A stretch of DNA of 64,000 nucleotides. It comes from Armatimonadota bacterium. GTDB taxonomy: Bacteria; Armatimonadota; Zipacnadia; Zipacnadales; JABUFB01. The stretch covers positions 725,036 through 789,035 of the forward strand of contig JABUFB010000008.1 of the NCBI GenBank assembly GCA_013314775.1, read 5' to 3'. Positions 36,126 through 44,552 of this stretch are shown in pieces; position 1 is the stretch's first letter, and the number at the start of each line of letters is the position of its first letter. The notes under the pieces were generated by a model that did not search any database, had not been told where the DNA came from, and saw nothing but the letters and a program-made list of their open reading frames with translations. A program made the position numbers and the translations under genes.

Positions 36126-37094
36126 CTATCCGGCCCCGTGCCTTTCGATGATTTCGTCGATCTGAGCCAGCTGCTCGGGAGTGAGGGTCCAACCGGATGC
36201 CGCCGCTGTCTCTTGAATCTGGGCGGGTCGCTTGGCACCAGCGAGGGCACAGGTCAGGCCGGGCTGGGCGAGAACCCAGGCCAGCGCGAGCTGAGCCGCG
36301 GTGCGTCCCTGAGCCTCCGCCATCGCAGCCAGTTCCCGCACAGCTGCCACGTTTCTCGCGAGGCGCTCGCCCTTGAACATAGGGGAACTTGAGCGGGCAT
36401 CAGACTCCGGGAAGGTCGCATTCTCGTCATACTTTCCGGTGAGCAATCCGCGCGCCATGGGACTGTACGCCAGCACGCCGATGTTGTGCTCGCGGCAGAA
36501 TGGGAGTATTTCCGCCTCGATGTCCCGGGTGAGCATGCTGTAGGGCGGCTGGAGGGAGTGCAGTGGGCAGACTTCCATGAACTCGGACATCTGCTCCACG
36601 CTGTAGTTGGAGACACCGACAGCCCTGATCTTCCCGCTGTCCAGGCAGGCCTTCATCGCGGCGGCGGTGTCCTTGATCGGCACGTCAGGGTCGGGCCAGT
36701 GAACCTGGAACAGGTCGATGTAATCTGTCTCCAGGCGGTCGAGACTGTCCTCAAGACTGCTCGCAATGTACTCGGGCGAACTGTTGCGGGTGATGTTCTG
36801 GTCTGCGTCCCACTGCAGTCCGGTCTTCGTGGCGATGATGACCTGGTCTCGAGGCAAGCCGGCGATGCCCTGCGCGAGGACCCGTTCCGAATGCCCGCAG
36901 CCGTAGGCCTGAGCGGTGTCGTAGAAATTGATCCCCAGCGAGAAGGCCAGCTTGACGGCGGCAACGGATTCCTCGTCGACGACGTCGTCACCCCAGAAAG
37001 CATGGCCCATCGCCCAACAGCCGTACCCCACTGTTGAGATGTTCAGATCACTTGCGCCCAGCTTGCGATACTCCAACCTGGAGCCCTCCTTCAT
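36126..37094 (-). CDS. aldo/keto reductase
   Basis: 322 aa. GYGCWAMG, FYDTAQAYG, DLFQVHWPD and LQPPYS are typical AKR signatures. Its ATG overlaps the rph stop (ATGA). Confidence 0.9.
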   Translation of the reverse strand: MKEGSRLEYRKLGASDLNISTVGYGCWAMGHAFWGDDVVDEESVAAVKLAFSLGINFYDTAQAYGCGHSERVLAQGIAGLPRDQVIIATKTGLQWDADQNITRNSSPEYIASSLEDSLDRLETDYIDLFQVHWPDPDVPIKDTAAAMKACLDSGKIRAVGVSNYSVEQMSEFMEVCPLHSLQPPYSMLTRDIEAEILPFCREHNIGVLAYSPMARGLLTGKYDENATFPESDARSSSPMFKGERLARNVAAVRELAAMAEAQGRTAAQLALAWVLAQPGLTCALAGAKRPAQIQETAAASGWTLTPEQLAQIDEIIERHGAG

Positions 37095-37819
37095 TCGCCC
37101 AGTCGGGCGATAGCTTCCGCCTGTTTCGCCATGAGCGCTCTGATTCCGTCCTGCCCGAGACTCATCATCTGGTTCAGCTGCTCGAAGCTGAAGGCGCCAT
37201 CCTCGGCGGTGGCCTGGATCTCCACGATCTTCCCCTCACCGGTCATGATCAGATTCAGGTCCACACCGGCCTTGCTGTCTTCTTCGAAACAAAGGTCCAG
37301 CATGGGTTCGCCGGCAACGATCCCCACCGAGACCGCGGCCACCTGAGTGACCAGCGGACTGCGCTTGATAACGCGGCGCTTCTCCAAGTTCTTTGTGGCT
37401 TGCGCAAGAGCCACATAGGCACCGGTGATGGAGGCTGTCCGGGTGCCGCCGTCAGCCTGGAGCACGTCGCAGTCGAGAGTGATGGTGCGCTGCCCGAGAA
37501 GCTTCAAGTCGCACGCGGCCCGCAGTGCGCGACCGATGAGACGCTGGATCTCGAGAGTGCGCCCCCCCTGTTTGCCAGTCGCCGCCTCGCGGCTGGAGCG
37601 TTCGGAGGTCGCTCGCGGAAGCATTCCGTACTCTGCGGTGATCCAGCCCTGGTCGGAGTCCATGAGCCACCGGGGCACGCGGTCCTCAATGGAGGCAGTC
37701 ACGTGCACTTTGGTGTCGCCCTGCACGATGAGACACGAGCCTTCCGCGTATTTATTTACACCCACCAGCAGCTTGATGTCTCGAAGGTCAGCGTTGCCAC
37801 GTCCGTCAGATCGAATCAA
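37091..37819 (-). CDS. rph: ribonuclease PH
   Basis: TTG start. IRSDGRGNADLRDI, GWITAEYGMLPRAT and LDCDVLQADGGTRTASITGA. Confidence 0.9.
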   Translation of the reverse strand: MIRSDGRGNADLRDIKLLVGVNKYAEGSCLIVQGDTKVHVTASIEDRVPRWLMDSDQGWITAEYGMLPRATSERSSREAATGKQGGRTLEIQRLIGRALRAACDLKLLGQRTITLDCDVLQADGGTRTASITGAYVALAQATKNLEKRRVIKRSPLVTQVAAVSVGIVAGEPMLDLCFEEDSKAGVDLNLIMTGEGKIVEIQATAEDGAFSFEQLNQMMSLGQDGIRALMAKQAEAIARLGE

Positions 37820-37858
37820 AGCGTCTCGTTCCTTCCCGGTAATTGTTTCGTGCTGGGA

Positions 37859-39502
37859 TTACATTCGCCCCGGCGCCCCGGTGCCCTCCACGAACTGCCG
37901 CAAACCCTCGCAGATGGCCACGGCAGCCCTCTCGCGGGTCGTGTCCTGCTGCAAGAGGGCTTCCTCCGTGTCGCTGTTCAGAAACATCAGCTCCACGAGC
38001 ACTGCGGGCATTCGGGTCTCGCGGATGACCACGAACCGGGCCTGCTTCAAGCCGCGGTCAGGTCGCTTGAGCGCCGCAACCAGAGATTGCTGCATAATCA
38101 TACCCAGGCACTTGCTGGCCTGGCGATAGTAGAAGGTCTCGGTGCCAATACCCTCGTTCCGCCGGGGCATGGCATTGCAATGAATGCTGACAAACATGTC
38201 CGCCCCGAGGCGGTTGGCAAAACCAGCGCGGTCATAGAGATCCACAAAACGGTCATCATCCCGGGTCATGCGAGCAAGCACACCACGGCTGCGCAGAATC
38301 CGCGCTGCTCGTTGGGCCACGTCGAGAGTGACTTCCTTCTCCTTGAGCACCTTGCCCGAAGCGCCGTTGTCCTTGCCACCGTGCCCGGCGTCGAGAACTA
38401 CCCGCTTCCCTTCCAGCTGCTCGCGCCGGAAGACAATCTCCAAACCCGCGGGAGCGATGGGGTTCACGTCGAACTGGATCAGTTCGCGCAGGTTGAGGGT
38501 GAGGGTGGTCTGCGGCGGGTCTCCGTCCTGGTCCACGGTCACCGACTCGACGAACTCGCCGAACATGGGCAGATCGCGTTCGCTAGTGCCGGATCGCGTG
38601 TCGGCAAAACTCACGGTGATGCGCACCGGCCGCATGTGCAGGTCCCAGTTTGGGGTCACAGGCCAGTCCGTGAGAATGCGCAGCCGCTCGGAGTCGTCCG
38701 TGCCTTGCACAAGCGTCACGTCGGTAATCGCCGGGAAACGGCGCTTGACGACGGGCGCATTGTCCGACGGGCTGCCGATGATCATTATCCCGCCATACCC
38801 GCCTGCCGCCGGCTCCCAGCGGCCCGGTTGGTCGCTCCCGAGATCGGCAACCACTCTAGCGGTCGGCGGCTGAGGAACCGGTACTCCCAGGCGCACCCTG
38901 GCAAGCGGGCCGGTGTGGATATACTGGATCATCGGCACGTCAGGGGCAATCTCGGCGCCGCGCAGGTCAACATAGAAGCGGGTGGGGGCAGCCATGCGTT
39001 CGGTATTTCCCGTCACCGGCGCGGAGCAGTCCAAACGGATTCGCGCACCGCGCGCATCCGCACGCACTTCCACTTGAGTCAGGACCGCATTGGCCAGCAC
39101 GAATGCGTCGCCCTTCTTCCAGCGGAAGGAGAGGCCGAGAGCCGTGAGCACTGGTTCAAGAGGTCCGTAGCAGGTGCCCTGGCGCAGTTCGATCTTGCGC
39201 GGAAGCACGCGGGGATTGCCGGCAATCTGAGCGGTGGCGCTGCCGACTGCGAGCTTCACGCTCTGCCCGCGCGCCGTGGTCAGGGTAAGTGTCTGCTCAG
39301 CCTTGTTCCAGTCCGCGCGCGCGGAAGCCAGTCGGGCAGCATCAGCGAGTGGGCCGCAGACAACGCCGTCCAGAACCAGCGCTGCCGGGCCGCTATCCAG
39401 GGCCCGGCCGCATATAACAACGCCCACCGGCTCCTGCGCCACGCAGACGCCGGCGAAAATGATCGTTCCGAGGACCCACACGCCACCAAGACGGCTACCC
39501 AT
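37859..39502 (-). CDS. N-acetylmuramoyl-L-alanine amidase (Amidase_3) with N-terminal stalk/AMIN-like domains
   Basis: Signal-like N-terminus. C-terminal VVLDAGHGGKDNGA...VSIHCNA...ETRMPAVLVELMFLNS. Confidence 0.85.
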   Translation of the reverse strand: MGSRLGGVWVLGTIIFAGVCVAQEPVGVVICGRALDSGPAALVLDGVVCGPLADAARLASARADWNKAEQTLTLTTARGQSVKLAVGSATAQIAGNPRVLPRKIELRQGTCYGPLEPVLTALGLSFRWKKGDAFVLANAVLTQVEVRADARGARIRLDCSAPVTGNTERMAAPTRFYVDLRGAEIAPDVPMIQYIHTGPLARVRLGVPVPQPPTARVVADLGSDQPGRWEPAAGGYGGIMIIGSPSDNAPVVKRRFPAITDVTLVQGTDDSERLRILTDWPVTPNWDLHMRPVRITVSFADTRSGTSERDLPMFGEFVESVTVDQDGDPPQTTLTLNLRELIQFDVNPIAPAGLEIVFRREQLEGKRVVLDAGHGGKDNGASGKVLKEKEVTLDVAQRAARILRSRGVLARMTRDDDRFVDLYDRAGFANRLGADMFVSIHCNAMPRRNEGIGTETFYYRQASKCLGMIMQQSLVAALKRPDRGLKQARFVVIRETRMPAVLVELMFLNSDTEEALLQQDTTRERAAVAICEGLRQFVEGTGAPGRM

Positions 39503-39605
39503 CGGCTACCCAGTCCCGTGTTGCGGTCTGTGATGCAGGCTTCGATGCGATATCACGGGGCCGAGACTGCCGCCACAGCGCGCGGCGATCCCGGACAAGC
39601 ACACT

Positions 39606-39627
39606 AAAAGGCCCGGCATAACCGGGC
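39606..39627 (-). terminator. intrinsic terminator of ssrA
   Basis: On the minus strand: GCCCGG-TTATG-CCGGGC followed by CTTTT, about 18 nt after the tmRNA CCA end. Confidence 0.6.
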
Positions 39628-39644
39628 AGATCCACCGTGTTGGT

Positions 39645-39990
39645 TGGTGGAGGCGGCGGGAATCGAACCCGCGTCCGAAGAGAGGAACGACACTGCGTCT
39701 ACGAGCGTAGCGGCCGATTCGATCTCGCCGTGGCTTCCCTGGTCGCCCGGTATCCCCGGCCAGCCCGAATTTGGTTCCCGCGTCCCTTAGCGGGCGTTTG
39801 GGACGTCGGTATCCAACCCAGTTGATGTCTCATCCGAAGCGGGTTGGCTCGCCCCGGGAGACATGGCTACGTTAAGCAGCCAGTGCCAGTTCGTTGTTGG
39901 CAGTTATTCTTTTCCCGCGTTTTACGAGACTCGGGGATCTCGGCTCGCAGCCTTGCCTTTCCTGTCTCCCCGTCGAAACCAATCGCCCCC
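39645..39990 (-). ncRNA. ssrA: tmRNA (SsrA)
   Basis: The minus strand starts GGGGGCGATTGGTTTCGACGGGGA and ends GGACGCGGGTTCGATTCCCGCCGCCTCCACCA. The acceptor stem GGGGGCG/CGCCTCC includes the G3:U wobble. An internal tag ORF is present. 346 nt. Confidence 0.93.
39872..39901 (-). other. tmRNA tag-peptide reading frame (ANNELALAA*)
   Basis: GCC AAC AAC GAA CTG GCA CTG GCT GCT TAA on the minus strand. It has the canonical ...ALAA C-terminus and a GCC resume codon. Confidence 0.8.
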
Positions 39991-40009
39991 AAACCGCACT
40001 CACAAAGCT

Positions 40010-40038
40010 ATTATACCCCCAAGATGGGGGTGGGTCAA
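40010..40038 (-). promoter_or_regulatory. near-consensus sigma70 promoter of ssrA
   Basis: On the minus strand: TTGACC, 17 nt, TATAAT, ending 19 nt upstream of the mature tmRNA 5' end. This is consistent with a processed precursor. Confidence 0.7.
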
Positions 40039-40120
40039 ACATACGGCGAATGCATAGTTTATGGTGAACAGTTGATAGTGAACGGCGAGCGCAAAGGACC
40101 ACCGGAGCGCAACGGCCCGG

Positions 40121-41236
40121 TCACTTCACCCCGAACACATGCATCGTGGTCTGCCGGTACACCTGTCCCGGTCGCAGGACGACGGATGGGAACTCGGGTT
40201 TGTTGATGGAGTCCGGGTAGTGCTGGGTCTCCAGGCAGAACCCCCCGTGCTTCTGGTAGACCACGCCGCCCTTGCCCTTGAGGGTGCCGTCCAGGAAGTT
40301 CCCGGTGTACAGCTGGATGCCGGGTTCCGTCGTGTAGATCTCCATCACGCGCCCCGTGGTAATCTCCTCAACCCGCGCAGCGAAGGCCAACTTACCGCCG
40401 CCTGAATCCAGGCAGAAATTGTGGTCATATCCGCCCGGGTCGCCCGTCATCATGTCGATGTCCCGGCCAATGCGCTTGGGGCGGGTGAAGTCCAGCGGCG
40501 TGCCGGCCACGGGTGCGATCTCGCCCGTGGGAATGAGAGTGTCATCCACCGGCGTATAGTGCGAGGCCGCCAGGGTCAGGCGATGGCCGAGAATATCCCC
40601 CTTCTCCGGACCGGCCAGATTGAAGTAGCTGTGGTGCGTGAGGTTGACCGGGGTGGCCTTGTCGGTAGTGGCCCGGTAGTCGATGCGCAGGGCGTTGTCA
40701 TTGGTGAGGGTGTATGTGACGCGCACTCGCAGGTTTCCCGGGAACCCCTCTTCCCCATCTGGGCTCAGGTATTCGAAACGCACCGCCGGACCGGCGGCAG
40801 TCCGGAGCGGCGTGGCCTTCCATACCACCTTGTCAAAGCCCACAATGCCGCCATGGAGGGTGTTCGGGCCATTGTTGGCCGCAAGGAGGTACTCCTTGCC
40901 ATCCAGCGTGAACCTAGCTCCCCCAATGCGGTTCGCCACCCGGCCCACGGTTGCGCCGAAGTACGGGTGCCCGGCGAGGTACGCGTCCAGATTGTCGAAG
41001 CCCAGGACCACATCGCCCAATTTGCCTTCGCGGTCCGGTACGTGCAGTTCAGTAAGCAGCGCGCCGTAGGTCATGATCTTCGCGACCAGGCCGTTGACGT
41101 TAGTCAGGACGTACAGGTCCACGGGCTTGCCTTGCTCGGGAGTTTTCCCGAAGTCCAGGCGCTGGATGCTCGGCCTCGCGGCGAAGCTCGTGGAGATGAG
41201 AATGAGAAGGCAACTACACAACACGGTGGCGCGCAT
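40121..41236 (-). CDS. galM: aldose 1-epimerase (galactose mutarotase), secreted
   Basis: AAGGAGG RBS and signal peptide MRATVLCSCLLILISTSFA. GATVGRVANRI, LHGG, THHSYFNL and CLETQHYPDS motifs. Confidence 0.9.
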   Translation of the reverse strand: MRATVLCSCLLILISTSFAARPSIQRLDFGKTPEQGKPVDLYVLTNVNGLVAKIMTYGALLTELHVPDREGKLGDVVLGFDNLDAYLAGHPYFGATVGRVANRIGGARFTLDGKEYLLAANNGPNTLHGGIVGFDKVVWKATPLRTAAGPAVRFEYLSPDGEEGFPGNLRVRVTYTLTNDNALRIDYRATTDKATPVNLTHHSYFNLAGPEKGDILGHRLTLAASHYTPVDDTLIPTGEIAPVAGTPLDFTRPKRIGRDIDMMTGDPGGYDHNFCLDSGGGKLAFAARVEEITTGRVMEIYTTEPGIQLYTGNFLDGTLKGKGGVVYQKHGGFCLETQHYPDSINKPEFPSVVLRPGQVYRQTTMHVFGVK

Positions 41237-41290
41237 GGTGAGGCCTCCTTCGTATCTGTGGCTGAGACTGGTCAGCGGTTCCGCTGCCCC

Positions 41291-42235
41291 TCAGTCGTCG
41301 AAACTATTGTCTTTGATGAACTGAATCAGCTCTGTCAGCGTGGTCGTCGCCAGGCAGACGCAGGTGTCCGCCGCGCCGTAGTACACCCGGAGTTCGTCGG
41401 TCTCCGGGTCGTGGGTCGCAGCCACCGGAAAGACCACGTTCGGCGTGTCGCCCACACATTCATAGAGGGCTGTGGGCGCAAGGATGTAGCGGCTGGTGCG
41501 ATAGAGCACCCTCCACGGCTCGTCAAGATCAAGAAGCGCCGCACCCGCGCTGTAGACGAAGCCATTGCAGGACGTGAGCACCCCGTGATAGATCATTACC
41601 CACCCTTCAGGGGTCTCGATGGGCACGGGTCCCGCGCCGATCTTCGTGCTCTGCCACCCGCCGCGCCGGCCCATGACGAACCGATGCTTGCCCCAGTAGA
41701 TCAGGTCTTTCGAGAAGCACAGGAAGATGTCGCCGAAGGGCGTGTGGCCCATGTCGCTGGGCCGGTGGAGCATACAGTACTCCCCATTGATCTTGCGCGG
41801 GAAAAGCACCGCATTGCGATTGCACGGCGGCAGGGCTATCTCCAGAAGCTCAAAGTCCTCGAAGTCGTCAGTCACTCCCATGCCGATGCACGGGCCGTGG
41901 TAGCCATGGCACCAAGTCACGTAGTAGCGGCCGTCAAGCTGGGTGATGCGCGGGTCATAGCCGTACTCGAAGCGCGAGAGATCACAATTGCCACAGCGCC
42001 ACCGGATCGGTTCCGGCGAAATGTGCCAGTCGATGCCGTCCTTGCTCTGGCCGGAGTGAAGCGTCATGTTCCGGGCCTGGTCGTCCACCCGGAAGACCCC
42101 CCGGTACTCGTCGCCCACCCGGATGACGCTGCTGTTCATGATGCTGTTGGAGGTGGGCGTCGCATTGCGGTGGATGATGGGGTTACCGGGATAGCGCTTC
42201 AGGAGTGGCTCGTTTGCTGGACTGAGTTCGTGCAT
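41291..42235 (-). CDS. glycoside hydrolase family 130 protein (beta-mannoside phosphorylase/glycosidase-related)
   Basis: 314 aa. NPIIHRN...VIRVGDEYRGVFRVDD...YDPRITQLDGRYYVTW...WVMIYHGV...LRVYYGAADT is the GH130 five-bladed pattern. Confidence 0.8.
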   Translation of the reverse strand: MHELSPANEPLLKRYPGNPIIHRNATPTSNSIMNSSVIRVGDEYRGVFRVDDQARNMTLHSGQSKDGIDWHISPEPIRWRCGNCDLSRFEYGYDPRITQLDGRYYVTWCHGYHGPCIGMGVTDDFEDFELLEIALPPCNRNAVLFPRKINGEYCMLHRPSDMGHTPFGDIFLCFSKDLIYWGKHRFVMGRRGGWQSTKIGAGPVPIETPEGWVMIYHGVLTSCNGFVYSAGAALLDLDEPWRVLYRTSRYILAPTALYECVGDTPNVVFPVAATHDPETDELRVYYGAADTCVCLATTTLTELIQFIKDNSFDD

Positions 42236-42256
42236 GGTGCCTCACCGGTGTCCGAT

Positions 42257-43522
42257 TCAATGAACGGCGTTGAACTCGCGGATCGCGTCGAACATCGCCA
42301 GCAAATTCGGGACCGGCGTGTTCGGCTGGATATTGTGGATGGTGTTGAAAACGAACCCGCCTCCAGGAGCGAAGACTTCCAGGCGCTCCAGGACCTCGGC
42401 GCGCACTTCCTCGGGCGTGCCGAAGGGCAGCGTGCGCTGGGTGTCGACTCCGCCACCCCAGAAGGTGATGCGGTCGCCGAAATCCGCCTTCAGCCCCCGC
42501 GCCTCCATGCCATCCGCAGAGCATTGGACCGGGTTCAGGATGTCAAAGCCGGCGTCGATGAAGTCTTCCAGAAGCGGGCGAATGCCGCCGCAGGAGTGGA
42601 TGAAGGTCTTCCACCGGGTGTTCGCGTGGATCCAGTCATTCACCGCGCGATGGAAGGGCTTGAACAGGTCGCGGTAGCTCTCCACCGACGCAAAGGGCCC
42701 GCGCTGGGTCCCGAAGTCGGTCCCGGTAACCATTGCGACCTGCACGGCGTCACCAACCACCGCGGCGATGCGCTCGAGGTTGCGAAGGGCGATTTCGCAC
42801 TGTCTGGCGAAAACGATCTTCACATAGTCGCGGCGGGCGACCGTGGATATGTACCATTCCTCCACGTCGCGGATTCCCTTCGGATGCTTCAGGAAAGGCG
42901 CAGGGACAAGGGCAATGTCACCGAATCCAGTGCCGCCGAAATTGGCGACCACTGCCCGGTCTGACGCATCCAGGTCTGCAGCCAGAGTGCTGTAGCGCGC
43001 CAGTTCACCCTCAGTGACCGGCTGAAACTCCTCCAGATTGTCTTCAGGGTCCAGGCTCGCGTCGTCAATCGGCTCCTGTCGAATAATGCTGTCGAAGTAG
43101 AAGCCGCCCGCGGGCATCCGGCCACTGGGCGGCACAGTCTGGTCGCCGCCAGGGTACTGGAGCAGATCGCCGTTGGGTTCGGGCTGGGTGTTGAAGCCTC
43201 CCGGAACGAGGACCGGCGTCCCGTCCGGCATGTCCCAGGGCTTCCAGTCCTCGGCGGGGTACCCGAAGAGGGTGTCCTTCCCGCCGATGCCCACGGTGTC
43301 GATGCCCAGAGCTTCGCGCAGATCATCGGTGACTTCGCCCAGCATCTGGTACGGCTCGATCACCCGTACGCGATCACCGGGCTTGTCAAGACCCAGCGCC
43401 AGGCGCAGCTTCGACAGCGTAGACGCAGAGATGCCCGAGACCGGCGTGGCGCCGATGTCCAGGGGCACGCGGTCAGGCTCGCGATGGTCGATTGCCGCAA
43501 GGACTCTCTCGCGGGAGGTCAT
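42257..43522 (-). CDS. uroporphyrinogen decarboxylase (URO-D)-family protein of unknown substrate
   Basis: I prefer ATG 43522 behind GAGGTG (the track start is GTG 43531). N-terminus MTSRERVLAAIDHREPDRVPLDIG, and a C-terminal half typical of URO-D/MtaA-like TIM barrels. Confidence 0.7.
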   Translation of the reverse strand: MTSRERVLAAIDHREPDRVPLDIGATPVSGISASTLSKLRLALGLDKPGDRVRVIEPYQMLGEVTDDLREALGIDTVGIGGKDTLFGYPAEDWKPWDMPDGTPVLVPGGFNTQPEPNGDLLQYPGGDQTVPPSGRMPAGGFYFDSIIRQEPIDDASLDPEDNLEEFQPVTEGELARYSTLAADLDASDRAVVANFGGTGFGDIALVPAPFLKHPKGIRDVEEWYISTVARRDYVKIVFARQCEIALRNLERIAAVVGDAVQVAMVTGTDFGTQRGPFASVESYRDLFKPFHRAVNDWIHANTRWKTFIHSCGGIRPLLEDFIDAGFDILNPVQCSADGMEARGLKADFGDRITFWGGGVDTQRTLPFGTPEEVRAEVLERLEVFAPGGGFVFNTIHNIQPNTPVPNLLAMFDAIREFNAVH

Positions 43523-43542
43523 GTCGCCCACCTCGGGTCAAG

Positions 43543-44469
43543 TCACGGGAAGAGCACGTCGGCTTCTTCCTTGACGATGCGCTTGATGTCCTGCTCGCAC
43601 TCGGGCGTCAGCGGGTAGCGCAGGAAATGCCGCCAGGTGCTGAAGATGCCCATCTCCACGAGAAGCCGCTTCTGCCCGGCCAGCCAGCACGCGATGCTCT
43701 CGCCCCCGAAAACCGCGTACATCATGGTGTTCATGCGCTCCTGCAAGGCATTCGCAGTGGTCAGATCGCCGGACTTCACCGCCTGCATGATGAGCCCCGC
43801 CAGGTAGCCGTTGAAGATTCCGCCGCCCAGCAGGAGTCCGTCGTAGCCGGCCGCCAGGTAATCCACGCACTTGAACTCGTTCCCGTTGAGCAGAAGCAGG
43901 TCTGGGCGCTTGCGGCGGGCTTCGAGAGCGATCTTCCGGCGGCCGTCATCCGAAGAGCTGTCCTTGACGAGGACCACATTGTCTTCGGCGTAGATGTTGG
44001 CCAGGACTTCATCCGGGACCACCACAGCTCCGAGCTTGCCACGGTCGTAGACGCCTACTGGCAAGGAGCTGTCACGGATCGCTTCCTGATACAGAGCGAG
44101 AATGTTGTCCGGCGTTGCGTTCAGGAGGAAGTAGGGCGGCGCGATAACCGCCACGTCCGCGCCGTCCTCGGCAGCCATCGCGATGTTGTCGAGGATCCGC
44201 GCAGAGGAGTTGTCGGTGACCTGCACCGCGATTACCAGCCGTCCCGCAGAAGCCTTCACGGTGGCTCTGACCAACGCACGGCGGGTCGAATCGGGCATCC
44301 AGGCGCCTTCACCGCAAGTCCCTGCGAGGAACAGGCCTTTCACCCCCAGGCGCAAATGGTGCTCCACCATGCGCTCCACCGAGGCTTCGTCCAGCGTCAT
44401 GTCGTCATTGAAAGGCGTGGGCGTCGCCGACCACACTCCGGCAAGTTTGTCACGGCTCAGCGCGGCCAT
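43543..44469 (-). CDS. dihydrodipicolinate synthase/N-acetylneuraminate lyase-family aldolase
   Basis: GVWSATPTPFNDD...GLFLAGTCGEG N-terminal signature. 308 aa. GGGAGA RBS. Confidence 0.8.
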   Translation of the reverse strand: MAALSRDKLAGVWSATPTPFNDDMTLDEASVERMVEHHLRLGVKGLFLAGTCGEGAWMPDSTRRALVRATVKASAGRLVIAVQVTDNSSARILDNIAMAAEDGADVAVIAPPYFLLNATPDNILALYQEAIRDSSLPVGVYDRGKLGAVVVPDEVLANIYAEDNVVLVKDSSSDDGRRKIALEARRKRPDLLLLNGNEFKCVDYLAAGYDGLLLGGGIFNGYLAGLIMQAVKSGDLTTANALQERMNTMMYAVFGGESIACWLAGQKRLLVEMGIFSTWRHFLRYPLTPECEQDIKRIVKEEADVLFP

Positions 44470-44552
44470 AGTGTGTCTCCCTGTCTGTTGTTGACTACCC
44501 GTGAGGGAGATTCTCCCTTTGCTTCCGGGTTCCTTTGTCCCTGCCTTCGGCC

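Noticed and set aside
37034-39607. 857-aa plus-strand ORF
   Set aside because: It is antisense to rph, the amidase and the aldo/keto reductase, which all have clear family motifs. The product is Arg/Gly/His/Ala-skewed with no motifs. This is the typical stop-poor antisense frame of a GC-rich genome.
39503-39644. Possible genomic island integrated at the 3' end of ssrA
   Set aside because: The genes downstream of the ssrA 3' end are housekeeping (amidase, rph, rdgB). No integrase and no duplicated ssrA 3' segment was seen in the window.
40421-42964. 847-aa plus-strand ORF
   Set aside because: Antisense to galM, the GH130 gene and the URO-D-like gene. Low-complexity Arg/Ala/Gly/Val composition and no RBS context.
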